Positions 11,016 through 23,869 of a DNA stretch of 64,000 nt are shown piece by piece (the stretch's first letter is position 1; each line of letters starts with the position of its first letter). The notes under the pieces are model-generated. The model made no database searches. It was not told where the DNA came from and worked only from the letters and a program-made list of their open reading frames with translations. The translations under genes were made by a program, and so were the position numbers. The stretch covers positions 1,550,001-1,614,000 of the forward strand of contig NC_043026.1 in assembly GCF_006345805.1 (NCBI RefSeq), read 5' to 3'. This stretch comes from Octopus sinensis (lineage: Eukaryota).

Positions 11016-11300
11016 GGCATGGATGTGTGGTAAGAAACTTGATTCTCAACCACATGGTTCTGGGTTCAGTTCCACTGCACAGTACCTTGAGCAAGTGTTT
11101 TCTATTAGGGTTCTGTGAGTGGATTTGAAAGATGAACACTGAAGAAAGCTTGTTAGATGTGTGTGTGTGTGTGTTTTGTTCCCCCATCACCATTTGACAA
11201 CCAGTGCTGGTGTGTCTATGTCTCCGTAACCCAATGATTCAGCATAAGAGACTGACAGAATAAGTACTAAGCTTAAGAAATAAATCCAAAAGAAGAATAA
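11016..11300 (+). mobile_element. tRNA-derived SINE (main family)
   Basis: Head ggcatggatgtgtggtaag...gggttcagttccactgc, internal (TG)n, ttgacaacc...agaataagtact. Confidence 0.8.
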
Positions 11301-12369
11301 AAGAATAAAAACTGGCTGGATCTAACCTCTCACACCTACCCTACAATGTCATTCGAAAATTATAAAATTGTATCATCAAAATCTCAAAGCTGGAGCTAAT
11401 GCAAGATTACTTCAAAACATGAATGAATAAGCTTCACACTTGACAATAAACTGAAAGCTAAAGAATTAATGAAAAAATTGAAAAACAAATCACCCAAAAC
11501 TTGTTTTTTCTTCATTTTTTTTTTTTTTTAATCTGGCACTTATTCTTTTGGTGTCTTTCAGTGAATCACAGTTCTAGACTACAGCAGAAGACATTTGGCC
11601 AAGGTGTTGCACAGTGGGATTGAACCTACAATGATGTAGTTGCTAAGTGAGGATAAAAACCTCACAGTTAAACCTAAGCCTTAAAAGCTTACCTCAGCAG
11701 AACTTGAACTCTGATCATAAAAGCATTTCCATGGATGCTCTACTGATTCTACCAGTTCACTGTTTAGTAAATAGTTTTTGGTCTGAGATCATAAGCTGGT
11801 ATGAAGACCGAAATAGTTACAACATACTTATTGGGATCATCCTGGGACACAGGAGCCTCTTAAATAATCCTTTCTACTAAAGGCACAAAGCCTGAAATTT
11901 GAGGGAAGGGGACCAGTCGATCATATTGACCCCAGTACGCAACTGGTACTTAATTTATCAACCCTGAAACGATGAAAGGCAAAGTCAACCTTGGTGGAAT
12001 TTGAACTCAAACATTAGCAACAGGTGAAATACTGGTCAGCGTGCTAACGATTCTGCCAGTTTGTCACTCTTAAATAATAATAACAGGTCGTTAACAGCAT
12101 CTTGAACCTGCTCAGCATCCACTGATTTCGATAACAATAACTGTTTGATGCTAGGCATGGGCAAGTCCATGTGGTTAAGAAGCTCACTTTGCAATAGCAT
12201 GGTTTCAGGTTCAGTCCCACTGTATGACACTCTATTATAGCCTTAAGCTGACCAGTTAAACCCTTCAAGGTCTTATGACTGAAACAAGTAAAAGGTAAAG
12301 GTCTTTATTTTATAAAGTAAAAAGAATAAAAGTGCTCAATATAATCAGAGCCTGGTACAGGTTTATTCC

Positions 12370-12728
12370 TTCATTTGTTTCGGTCATTGGGCTGCGGCCA
12401 TGCTGGAGCACCACCTTGAAGGGTTTTAGTTGAAGAAATCAACCCCAGGACTTATTCTCTGTAAGCCTAGTACTTACTCTATCAGTCTCTTGTGCCGAAC
12501 TGCTAAGTTACAGGGACACAAACCACCAGTTGTCAAGCAACGGTGGTGGGCGGGTGGGGGAGATACAGATACACACACAATGGGCTTCTTTCAGTTTCTA
12601 TCTACCAAATCTTTGATTGGCCTAAGGCTGTAGTAGAAGACATTTGCCCAAGGTGTCACGCAGTGGGACTGAACCCAGAACCATGTGGCTTGGAAGCAAG
12701 CTTCTTACCACACACCCATGCCTGTGCC
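12370..12728 (-). mobile_element. tRNA-derived SINE (main family), reverse orientation
   Basis: Reverse complement of the 26085-26463 consensus, from tail (gcggccatgctggagcaccacc) to head (cttaccacac). Confidence 0.85.
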
Positions 12729-12740
12729 TATAGTGTGAGA

Positions 12741-12852
12741 TGCTTACAGTACCTGGGTTTCCTAAGTGATCACCCATCTAAGTACTTACGAAACTCAACA
12801 TTGCTTAACTTTGGTGGTCAAATGAGAATTGGTACATTGAACACGATCTGCA
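12741..12852 (-). pseudogene. Degenerate 5S rRNA copy (pseudogene or 5S-derived SINE head)
   Basis: The minus strand ...ttctcatttgaccaccaaagttaagcaatgttgagtttcgtaagtacttagatgggtgatcacttaggaaacccaggtactgtaagc aligns by eye to metazoan 5S rRNA (GAAGTTAAGC...AGTACTTGGATGGGTGACCGCCTGGGAATACC.GGTGCTGTAGGC), with many transitions. Confidence 0.8.
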
Positions 12853-13619
12853 TAAAGGAAACCGATTATATTGCAAGAGTCATTGAGTTGCGGCTTTCAG
12901 TTCATTATTCACAATTAACTGATGAATACAGTTGACGAAAAGAGACGGATTAAAAGGAGACCATGGATTGGAAATGCAATCCCTGTTTAACACCACACAC
13001 ACACACACACAGACACACACGCAAACATACAATGATGAAGCTGTTGCAGCTTAGTCAATGATATACTCGATCGGTTGTCAATCTGCTTTTTTCCCTAGCA
13101 ACTGTCAAAGTTGTATACGATCACACACACACACACACATCTTAGTAAGTCAGTAGGAGACATTGTGCTGCCATCAACTGAAAGAGTCACGTAGTGGTGG
13201 TGGTGGTGGTGGTGAAGCCAGTTGTGGTGGTGGAGGAAATAGTAGTAGTAGTAGTAGTAGTTATGGTAATTACACAAGCTCTCTGAATTAAGAGAGATAA
13301 AGTATGCATATGATGTGGTAGCAGCCAGGGTGGTGGTGGTGGTGGTGGTGGTGGTGGGTGTAGTTCAACAAAATATGCAGAGGCGTGTATATTAGGCAGA
13401 GGCGTGGCTGTGTGGTAAGCAGTCTCATTCCCAATAACATGGTTCCAGATTCAAGAAAGAAAGATAAGAATTTACCCCAGTGCAGCACTGGTATTTTATC
13501 AATTTCAAAAGATTGGAAACAAATCTGACCTCAGGAGTATTTGAACACAAACCATGGGAACCACAGAGTATGGTCCATATTGCAGTGTCCAATATGGACC
13601 ATACTTTGCAGGATGCATC

Positions 13620-14005
13620 TTTTATTTTTTTACTGGTTTCAGTTATTAGAGTGTGGCCATGCTGTGGCACTGCCTTAAGGGATATTTTCTTTTTAGTCAA
13701 ATGAATTGAATCCAGTTCTTAATTTTTGTTAAGCCTGGTACTTATTCTATTGGTCTCCTTTGATGAAGCACTAGGTTACGGGGGGACATAAATGCACCAA
13801 CACCCATTGTCAAGCAGTGGTGGGGGACAAACACAAACACACACATATATGACAGGCTTCTCTCAGTTTTCATCAACCAAATCCCTTCACAAGACTTTGG
13901 TCAGCTTGAGGATATAGTAGAAGACATTTGCCCAAGGGCCACTCAGTAGGACTTGAACCTGGAACCATGTGGTTGGGAAGCAAGTTTCTTATTATACAGC
14001 CATGC
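13620..14005 (-). mobile_element. tRNA-derived SINE (main family)
   Basis: Reverse-complement match to the family consensus, including tail and head. Confidence 0.8.
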
Positions 14006-14552
14006 CAAAATTTACAGCCAAAGCAAAAAGGTAGATTGATTTATACACCAAAGTGGCTTTGGCAGAGCAAAAATCCTGTACGAAATGCAGCAGAATTTGA
14101 AAAGATGGTGATGTTGCTTGAATGTTTACACTACATGTTTATACTACATGTTTATACTACATGTTTATACTACATCAACTTGTATGTCAGAAAAGTACAG
14201 TATTTTGCCTATGTTTCATATGTCTTTCTTGGTCAGTTTTTGTTGTAAAATACTTCATTTTCCAGGAAACCAGTTGAATTTTATAGAACAAAATTTACAG
14301 CCAGAAAAGGTAGGTTGATGTATACTCCAAGACAACTTTGGCAGAGCAAAAATTCCAAATGAAAAACAGCAGGATTTGGAAAGATAAGGATGTCCGAATG
14401 TTTAGACTAAATTCTACATTGACTTGGATGTTGATAAATACAGTTTGAGACTTGTTGAAGTTTAACAGATCAATTCATAGAGAAGTTGCTGAATGTATGA
14501 TGTAGGAGGATGCCACAGTAATGCATCACAAAGGCCCATCCCCTAAACAACC

Positions 14553-14680
14553 GTGATCCCTTCATTTGATGTCTTTGGTGGTATTCTCCAGCACCATTGC
14601 CCATCTACCACCCGACTCCTCAAGGAACAAAGATTAATCTTCCAGTTGAGAAGAACTCTTCCAGCTGGAATTGACTTTTG
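14553..14680 (+). mobile_element. Penelope-like GIY-YIG endonuclease C-terminal fragment
   Basis: Translates GILQHH...TTRLLKEQRLIFQLRRTLPAGID, resembling the PLE end motif RxxxEQxLIFxLxTLxPxGxN. Confidence 0.55.
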
Positions 14681-14867
14681 TCTGAGCCCCCCCCCCCCCC
14701 GTTTCCTTCCACTATTCTTTTACTCACTCTTTTATGCATTCTTATTATTAACTCTGCCTGTCACCATGGTCAACTCCCTTTTTTTTTTCTTTTTCACATA
14801 TGATCTACAATTATTCACAGCTCATTACATTCTCAGCCAGAAATCACACACACACACACACACACAC

Positions 14868-15112
14868 AACTACACACTTCCATTCCAATATTTACCAACC
14901 GTTTTCCTTCATAACAAAGAGTTTATGGCTCAAAACATTGATGCTTATTGCTCACTATGTAATACACTAATGGCTTTTGCTTCTCACCAAAATTTGCCTG
15001 TCCAAAGCAAAGACAGAGTGATCAAACCTGTTGGTACAGGATTACAAAGCAAACTCCTTAACTGTGGAGCCAATTACATGCATCATTATATACACATTAA
15101 GATATATAATGT

Positions 15113-15168
<56 letters not shown>

Positions 15169-15386
15169 ACTCGGTTCAAGTGTCTTTTCCAATACTTGGC
15201 TTACTGTAACAATGACCTTTAAAGCTCAGTCTAAACACACCAACAAACTCGCCATGGGCCTTCATAACAAAAAGCTGAGAAAAAGTGGGGCAGAGAGAGA
15301 GAGAGGAAAACGCAGAGTGAGAGAGGAGCAAGAGATGATACCAGAAAGCAATTAATGAAACAATGTTTAGAAAGAAAGAATAAAGT

Positions 15387-15431
<45 letters not shown>

Positions 15432-16469
15432 GTGTGTGTGTGTGTTGTGTGTGTGTGTGTGTGTGTGTGTGGTACAGGAAGAAGGGAGAGAGAGGGAGTG
15501 GATGAGCAAGTGAGATGAAAGGAATAAAAGAGAGAAGGGAACTCAGGACATCAGTTTTTTTTAGAACTGTGTAGACTTTCACATCATTGGTTAATTGATT
15601 GGAGAATGGAAGACAAAATCACCATGGTAACAATTGATTATAGAAGAACAAAGGGTGGGGAGAGTGAGAGAAAGAGAAATTAGGGGGAATAATGAGGGGA
15701 GTAGTGTGAGAGCAAAGGGGGGGAGAGAAGTAAAAAAACACATGAAGAAATACATATATAGTAACAATGAGTATACATTTATAAAGATGCAAACATGCTT
15801 GCACGCATAACGTGCACACATCATGCATACACAAGCAGACAGAGCCACACATTAACATACATCCATCCCATCAGTACACTAACATATCAGCAGACACACA
15901 CACACATTCACACACACACACACACACATACATATATTATACACACACACACACACACAACTACACACTTCCATTCCAATATTTACCAACCGTTTTCCTT
16001 CATAACAAAGAGTTTATGGCTCAAAACATTGATGCTTATTGCTCACTATGTAATACACTAATGGCTTTTGCTTCTCACCAAAATTTGCCTGTCCAAAGCA
16101 AAGACAGAGTGATCAAACCTGTTGGTACAGGATTACAAAGCAAACTCCTTAACTGTGGAGCCAATTACATGCATCATTATATACACATTAAGATATATAA
16201 TGTCACACACACACACATATATATATATATTATATATATATATAAGACTCGGTTCAAGTGTCTTTTCCAATACTTGGCTTACTGTAACAATGACCTTTAA
16301 AGCTCAGTCTAAACACACCAACAAACTCGCCATGGGCCTTCATAACAAAAAGCTGAGAAAAAGTGGGGCAGAGAGAGAGAGAGGAAAACGCAGAGTGAGA
16401 GAAGGAGCAAGAGATGATACCAGAAAGCAATTAAATGAAACAATGTTTAGAAAGAAAGAATAAAGTAAC

Positions 16470-16501
<32 letters not shown>

Positions 16502-16508
16502 TGTGTGT

Positions 16509-16547
<39 letters not shown>

Positions 16548-17036
16548 TACAGGAAGAAGGGAGAGAGAGGGAGTGGATGAGCAAGTGAGATGAAAGGAAT
16601 AAAAGAGAGAAGGGAACTCAGGACATCAGTTTTTTTTAGAACTGTGTAGACTTTCACATCATTGGTTAATTGATTGGAGAATGGAAGACAAAATCACCAT
16701 GGTAACAATTGATTATAGAAGAACAAAGGGTGGGGAGAGTGAGAGAAAGAGAAATTAGGGGGAATAATGAGGGGAGTAGTGTGAGAGCAAAGGGGGGGAG
16801 AGAAGTAAAAAAACACATGAAGAAATACATATATAGTAACAATGAGTATACATTTATAAAGATGCAAACATGCTTGCACGCATAACGTGCACACATCATG
16901 CATACACAAGCAGACAGAGCCACACATTAACATACATCCATCCCATCAGTACACTAACATATCAGCAGACACACACACACATTCACACACACACACACAC
17001 ACATACATATATTATACACACACACACACACACACC
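14868..17036 (+). repeat. Near-identical tandem duplication, two units of about 1.08-1.09 kb
   Basis: 14868-15958 is repeated at 15959-17036. Identical peptides appear twice in the ORF track, and (CA)n tracts lie at all three junctions. Confidence 0.95.
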
Positions 17037-17414
17037 CATGGAATGAACACATTAGTCTGCACATTAACATACATACAATGGGCATACTTAACATACATAG
17101 TAGCACACACATTGAATAACCCATAGCAAGCTTATAATTAATCTATCCTCATGCACACATGTAGGAGAGAAAGAGAGGAGATGGGGAATGAGGACTTCTC
17201 GATCTGCAACACATCACTTTGGGCAGTTCAGTGCCTGGATGGATTTGAAGAGATGCTGCTACAATTGCTACCATAACTGATTATGATAATGATGGTATAA
17301 TGGCTACTACACAACAACACAACTTCATATTCTACTGTTTAAAAGAAAAATAGATTGAGTAGCAAAGTCCGAAATATACTACAAAGGTCTGAATCTATGA
17401 TCTGATGGCCAAGA

Positions 17415-17845
17415 CTGACCAGACATGCTGGATCAGAGATGACCCAAGCCTAAACAACAAGAAAGGATACAGATAATGGAATCCGAGAGGGTCATGACTG
17501 GAACACCTTTGATTAAAATAAATCTGATGGATTAGGGATTACCTGGGGGGGCGGTTAAACAACCATGACAGAGTCACACTAGATAACAGTAGACCAAGAT
17601 GCAGTTGGTCTAAATAATAGATGGTGCAGTTGGAGCATTTCTGATCCTAAGCAAGCTGGATCAGGACTGATTTGGGGCAAAGCAACAACAAAGGACACAT
17701 AAGATCATGTAGTCCTAGATACACAATGGACTGAAAAAATGATGGACTGTCATGGAACATCTTTGATCAAATGTCGTCAGTTGGATCAGGGTGAACGTGG
17801 GACAAGACAAGAACATTAAATAATGTAATCCTAGTTACATTATCT
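17415..17845 (+). repeat. Diverged tandem array of about 4 units (roughly 100-130 bp) of a dispersed repeat
   Basis: Recurrent ggatcagggctgacctggggctaaacaacaac-like and gtagtcctagatacac-like segments. Single dispersed copies lie at about 38620-38710, 50340-50405 and 59500-59645. Confidence 0.55.
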
Positions 17846-18970
17846 GCTGCAAGGTTCAATCCTTGTTGTGATGTAGTGACTTGACTGCCTCAATAATTCT
17901 GAGGCCTATGCCAGTGGGGCACAAGGTCCTGATTAGGAGCTGCTATGCTGAACAGGTCAAAGAACAGAGGCCAAATCAATATGGAACACCTCTTCTCAGA
18001 GGGAGAAATAGGTTTATGTAAGGCCAATACTCCTACCTAGATAAAAGACAAGGTCACAGAGGTATTGGTAACAATTCGAAACCAATGAGACATGAGCGTG
18101 GAAGGCCTTCCCTCAAGGAAACATATGCTGTGAAAATAGTTGGAGGCAAAATACTGAGGTGAAAAAGTAGGGATCTACTGGGGAGAAGCAGAAAAGACAA
18201 GCCAGAATCAAGAACAGGAGGAGAACAGTTGAAAAGAGAGCTTATGCTCCAAAGGGAGTGAAGGGCTTCAGCAAATAATGTCTAAATATAAAATGAGGTG
18301 ATCAAGGCCAGAACAGCCTTTGATCAGGGGTCAGCTGAATCAGGGCTATTAAACAATTACCATTCAGTGGTATTGTGGTTTAACCTCCAACTCAACATTG
18401 ATGGAGCAAATCTATATTTAAACACATACCATCCATGAGCATCCAATCTTAAAAGTATCACAAACTATGGTAGCCAAAGATGGATGTGGTCTGATTGGAG
18501 GAAGGTTTGGTTGCTATATCTAACAAGGCCAAAAATTAATTTGAGATCCATTTTCTGGTCTCCCGGGAAGTTGGAGTCTTTCCAATGTTTATGTTTAACC
18601 CTAGGTTAGCCTTTGATCCAGCACACAGACAGGATAGTCTGTGTGTCCTATTTTCTTCCTCAATAAAAATTTGAGGGAGATTTCTTTGCAATTTTTAGCA
18701 AATCAAGCAATCAAACAGAAATTCCCAGCAAATCATGAATGAAGTAAATGATGAAGAAGAAGTGCAGACAAGTGAGAAGATGCTACTACACATACTTCTA
18801 TAGATGATGATGATGATGGTGGTGATGCTTTCTCTGCTGATGCTGCAGCCAGTGGCTATTAAAAGAATGGACATTGCTGCAAGCGTGAATAGTCAGTGAC
18901 TTTCTGCATCAAACATAGAATAACACTAAACAAATAATTTATTCACTGCCTAAAAAGTCAATGTGTGTGC

Positions 18971-19005
<35 letters not shown>

Positions 19006-19364
19006 GTATGCACAAACAACACAAATAGAAAATTGCATAACTTTATATCTACAATTTTGAGTCAATATATCATATTTAAATTTATATTATATACAAACTA
19101 ATATATTTTTTCTGGTTTCAGCCAAAGGACTGCGGTCATTCTGGAGCACTGCTTTGGAGGGATTAATTGAACAAATCAACTTCTGTACTAAGTCTGGTAC
19201 TTATTCCTTTGGTTTCTTTTGCTGAACTACTAAGGTCCAAGGATGTAAACAAACCACACACACACACAATGAGCTTAATTTTCTTCTACCAAATTCACTC
19301 CCAGTGCAATGAGACTGAATCCACATGATTGCAATGTGAGCTTCTTCCCCACACAGTCATGCTG

Positions 19365-19396
<32 letters not shown>

Positions 19397-19711
19397 GTAT
19401 ATATATATGTATATATATATATATATGCACTGACGATTAAAAAGTGCATTTTGTGCACTAATTATCTGTTTTTAAGGAGCTCGCTTTGAGAGTTGCATTC
19501 AGTAAAATGTGTTTAGTATGGTAGTTTTGACTTTAAGAGTCCCTCCTAGCGTGAGACATTTATGTATAGTAACTCCCACCCCGACATCCGAAACTTGGAG
19601 TTTTATCATGGCCACCAAATAATTATATTTACAGATAAATTCCTCTATTTCCATAATATCGAGGTCTCTTTCTTTCTTTTGTTGTCTTACCATTTTTTAC
19701 CAATATATATA

Positions 19712-20203
19712 TCTATATATATATAACTGTAGTTGTGTGAGTGTCTGTCCCCTTCGATTTAGATTCCTAACTACTCCCACATTTTGCGGTGCAGTTTAAC
19801 CAAATTCGGGTATCTTATAGTCGTAATTCATATCGAGCCTGTCTGAGTATTAGCGCGCGTCTACGATGAGTCTACGATTTTAAAAATAATTTAACATCAT
19901 TTTTTATTCCATTTTAATGCATAATTTTTCGTGTGTCGATGGCGGCGGAGTTGGCGTCCATGGTCACCCTGCACCTGTTTGCTTCTCCCTCGTGAAGCTG
20001 TGGGGAAGGGAGTGTAAGGAAATCAACGTCGTAATGCGTTGTCAAGGAGACCAGCGTTCTTTTAGAACAACGACTTCATGGCTTGAAGACACCAAAACAG
20101 AAATGGCTAAGAAAGCCCCAATCTATAAGGGAAGTAACTCTCTAAAAATGCTTATATAGTTATTTCCCTTACAAACCCAAGCAACGCCGGGCGATACTGC
20201 TAG
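19712..20203 (+). mobile_element. Non-autonomous Helitron
   Basis: 5' end a|TCTATATATATA, 3' end cccaagcaacgccgggcgatactgCTAG|t, inserted between A and T. Confidence 0.85.
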
Positions 20204-20322
20204 TGTATATATATAATATAATTGCAGAGGTCCATTCACAAACTTATCTAATATATAATTAAAAATAAGTATATTTTTATGTAAGTTTATTTCAATTTAT
20301 ATTCATTTCCTACAGACATATA

Positions 20323-20540
20323 TGAAGGGGTGCTGAAAAGTTCCTGGCTCTAAGAGTATTGCAAAAGGCCTGATTAGGGACCCAACGTTCTGAGGTCTTT
20401 TTACAGGGCTTAGAAAAACTGAAGGACCGCTGCAATAACTATGTGAATCTGAGAGGGGAATGTGTCGTAAAAAAAACATAACTGATCCTCCTGTATTTTG
20501 TTTTACCCAAAACCAGGGACTTTTCAGCCCCAGCCTCTCA
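20323..20540 (+). mobile_element. Mariner-derived MITE
   Basis: TIRs ggggtgctgaaaagttcctgg / ccagggacttttcagcccc with TA flanks. Internal GLEKLKDRCNNYVNLRGECV resembles a mariner transposase C-terminus. Confidence 0.75.
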
Positions 20541-20730
20541 TACATACACATCCAAACATTTTTATATGCACCAAATACACATCTTCATACATGTATATAA
20601 ATGATTAGCAAATAGCAGGGGCTATGATCTAAGCTATGTCATCATGAAGTACCTCTACACATTCCAGTAATCATTTTTGAAACTTTGAGGAATTGCAGAT
20701 AAGAGATCCCATACAGATGTTCTATATATG

Positions 20731-21065
20731 TGAAGGTGCATGGCTCAGTGGTCAGAGCTCCAGGCTCACAATCATGAGGTAGTGAGTTCAATTCCTGAAC
20801 TGGGCTGTGTGTTGTGTTCTTGAGCAAGACACTTTATTTCACATTGCTCCAGTTCACTCAACTGTAGAAATAAATTGCAACATCACTAGGGCCATGCTGT
20901 ATTGGCCCCTTTGCCTTCCCCTTGGATAACATCAATGGTGTGGAGAGGGGAAGATGGTATGCATGGGTGGCTGCTGGTCTTCCATGAAACAACCTTGCCT
21001 GGACTTGTGGCTCAGAGGGTGACTTTCCAGGTGCAATCCCATGGTCCTTCGTGATCAAAGGCAGT
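20731..21065 (+). mobile_element. tRNA-derived SINE (third family)
   Basis: A-box tggctcagtgg, B-box gagttcaattcc, then gtgttcttgagcaagacactt. A related reverse copy lies at about 29340-29625. Confidence 0.65.
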
Positions 21066-21084
21066 CTTTATACCATTATTATTA

Positions 21085-21335
21085 TTGACACATAAAAGCA
21101 CCATCCGTTCGTGGCCGTTCGCCAGCTCTGTCTGGCACCTGTGCAGGTGGCACGTAAAAAAACCCCCACTACACTCGCGGAGTGGTTGGCGTTAGGAAGG
21201 GCATCCAGCCGTAGAAACACTGCCAGATCTGACTGGGCCTGACGAAGCCTTCCAGCTTCACAGACCCCAGTTGACCCGTCCAACCCATGCTAGCATGGAA
21301 AGCGGACGCTAAACGATGATGATGATGATGATGAT
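21085..21335 (+). mobile_element. RTE LINE 3'UTR fragment with (GAT)n tail
   Basis: gtggcacgtaaaa...gagtggttggcgttaggaagggcatccagc...gctagcatggaaagcggacgctaaacgatgatgat, the same sequence as the 3' end of the 41464-46012 element. Confidence 0.85.
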
Positions 21336-21639
21336 TATCATCATCATCATCATCATAATTGAGCTGGCAGGATCGCTAACATACTGGACAAACTGCTTAA
21401 GCAGTATTTTGCCTGTCTTTACATTCTGAGTTCAAATGCCCCCAGGGTCAACCTTGCTTTTCATCCTTTCAGGGTTGATAGATTAAATATCAGTGAAACA
21501 CTGGGGTCAGTGTAACCAACTGTTCCCCTCCCACAAAATTTCAGGCCTTGTGCCTATAGTAGAAAGGATTATTATTATTATTCTTTTTATAATTATAATT
21601 ATATTCATATGTTGAGGCAAATGAAATGAAAATCACATT

Positions 21640-22172
21640 CGATGACTGGCATCCGTGCTAGCGGGGTGCAAAGAGCACCATATGAGCATGATTGTTGACA
21701 GAGCGGCTAACCGGCTTCTGTGCCAGTGGAACATAAAAGGCACCATTCGAGTGTGATCATTACCAGCGTCACCTTACTAGCATTTGTGCCCATGCTAGTA
21801 GGGTGCCAAGAGCACCATCTGAGCGGGATCGTTGCCAGATCAGCCAACTGGCTTCCGTGCCGGTGGTACGTAAAAGGGCACCATTCGAGCAGGATCGTTA
21901 CCAGCGTCGCCTTACTGGCAACTGTGCCAGTGGCATGTGTAAAAAGATTTGAGCGAGGTCGTTACCAGTACCGCCTGACTGGCCCCTGTGCCAGTGACAC
22001 GTAAAAGCATCCACTACACTCTCGGAGTCGTTGGCGTTAGGAAGGGCATCCAGCTGTAGAAACTCTGCCAGATCAAGATTGGAGCCTGGTGCAGCCTTCT
22101 GGTTTGCCAGCCCTCAAAATAGCCCAACCCATGCTAGCATGGGAAACGGACGTTAAATGATGATGATGATGA
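21640..22172 (+). mobile_element. RTE LINE 3'UTR fragment with internal repeats and (GAT)n tail
   Basis: Repeated gtgccagtggcacgtaaaaggcaccattcgagc-like units and the conserved RTE terminal segment. Confidence 0.8.
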
Positions 22173-22680
22173 TATGACTGTGAGCTGGTAGAATTGTTAG
22201 CCTACCAGACAAAATGCTTACAAGTATTTCATCCATCTTTATATTCTGAGCTCAAATTCTGCTGAGGTTGACTTTGCCTTTCATCCTTCCAGGGTCAATA
22301 AAATAAGTACCAGTTGAATACTGGGGTCGATGTAATTGACTTACATCCTGCTCGAAAATCGTTCGCCTGGTGCCAGAATTGGCACTGAACCATCTTATAC
22401 TATAATGAAATGCATGTAACATGAAATTAAAAATATACCAAATTTTCCAGTTTTTGTTTTTAATGAATATAAATGGTGTGCGTGTGTGTGTGTGTAGCTT
22501 AGGAGGGGAAGTGAGGGTGATGATGACTGACAGGTTTGTGTGTGCAACAAATCACACAGACACACAAACCTGTCAGTCATTATCACTCACCCTTGCCTCT
22601 TCTTTTAAACAACACACATCTATACACACACATGCAAGCAACTAGGTCTCAGACAGGCAAACATGGCCTCAATAGCAAAG

Positions 22681-22719
<39 letters not shown>

Positions 22720-23234
22720 AAGGGAGAGAAAGGGAGAGAGAGAGAGAAAGAGAGAGAGAGTCATTGAAATGGTTGTGAATGGTAGCAAAAGAACTTTTGT
22801 TAACCAAAAAAGTTTTTATGAAATTCACTGTTTAATCAGCAACAAGTTAAACAACTGATTGATTAGTTAGTTGGATTAGTTAGTTTAACCAATTGGCTAA
22901 TAATAAATGATTGGAATTGGTTGCTGTGTGTGTGTTATAATATTGCATGTTATTGATATTGGTGTAATGACCCTCCCCAGACAGAATTTGTTCCAACACA
23001 AATTCACAGGAACTCAATACAATGTAAGCTACGGACACATAAGTGGAATTGGTATCCTACAAAGGTTAATAAAGAAGATAATCTTTGTGTGTGGTGGACG
23101 TGTGAGTATAATAAACACCATGAACGTATAGAGAATAGACTTCCTCAAGTGTCAACAAGGATCCTTTGAAGTAGTAGGTATCTTCCATTTCCAAGATGAC
23201 CAAGTTAGCAATGGTGGAGGACAGAATTCTGAAA

Positions 23235-23660
23235 GTGTAATTGCCCAAATAAGAACAGGCTGAGCAAAGTTCAAGAGTCTTTGTTAGAAACAAAAAAGCC
23301 TCACTGTTTGATGCCTCTCTATGTATAGCTATGCTATATGGCAGTGGAACATGGGCTGTGGCTACAGAAGACACGTGAAGACTTGAAAGAAATGAAGCCA
23401 GTATGAATGGGTAATGCCAGTGCGCATGGACGACAGAGTGCGATTGGAGAAAAAATTGAATATAAGAGGCATCAGATATGTGCAAGAGAGAAGACTGCTG
23501 ATCCGGTTATGTGATGCATATGGATGAGGACAGGAGGGGACCTGTGGAAGGGGTAAACTGAGGAAGAGGTGAGAAATGATCTTCAGATGTTGAGCCTCAC
23601 TTAACAGATGACAAGGGAGCGAAACTTTAGGAAATTTGCTTGAGAAGACACATGAAGCTA
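23235..23660 (+). mobile_element. Degraded RTE LINE ORF C-terminal fragment
   Basis: atgctatatggcagtggaacatgggctgtg...cttgaaagaaatgaagccagtatg parallels the reverse complement of 42420-42500. Confidence 0.65.
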
Positions 23661-23869
23661 AGTGAAATCATGGCCAACTATACATACAGGCAGATCCTTT
23701 ACAGCCATGCACCCCCTCTTTCACACACATAAATCTGTCCTATGTCAGACAACCCATCTTCCTCACACCCCCAGCACCCCCCCTCCATGCCCTCACATAT
23801 CTACAATAACCATTCCTAGCTACTTCCAAATCCTCTCACCATCATTTGCTAATTTTCTTTTATGCATTC

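Noticed and set aside
10738-11193. 151-aa minus-strand ORF overlapping exon 2
   Set aside because: It is in the wrong frame for flotillin and runs through a SINE and the polypyrimidine tract.
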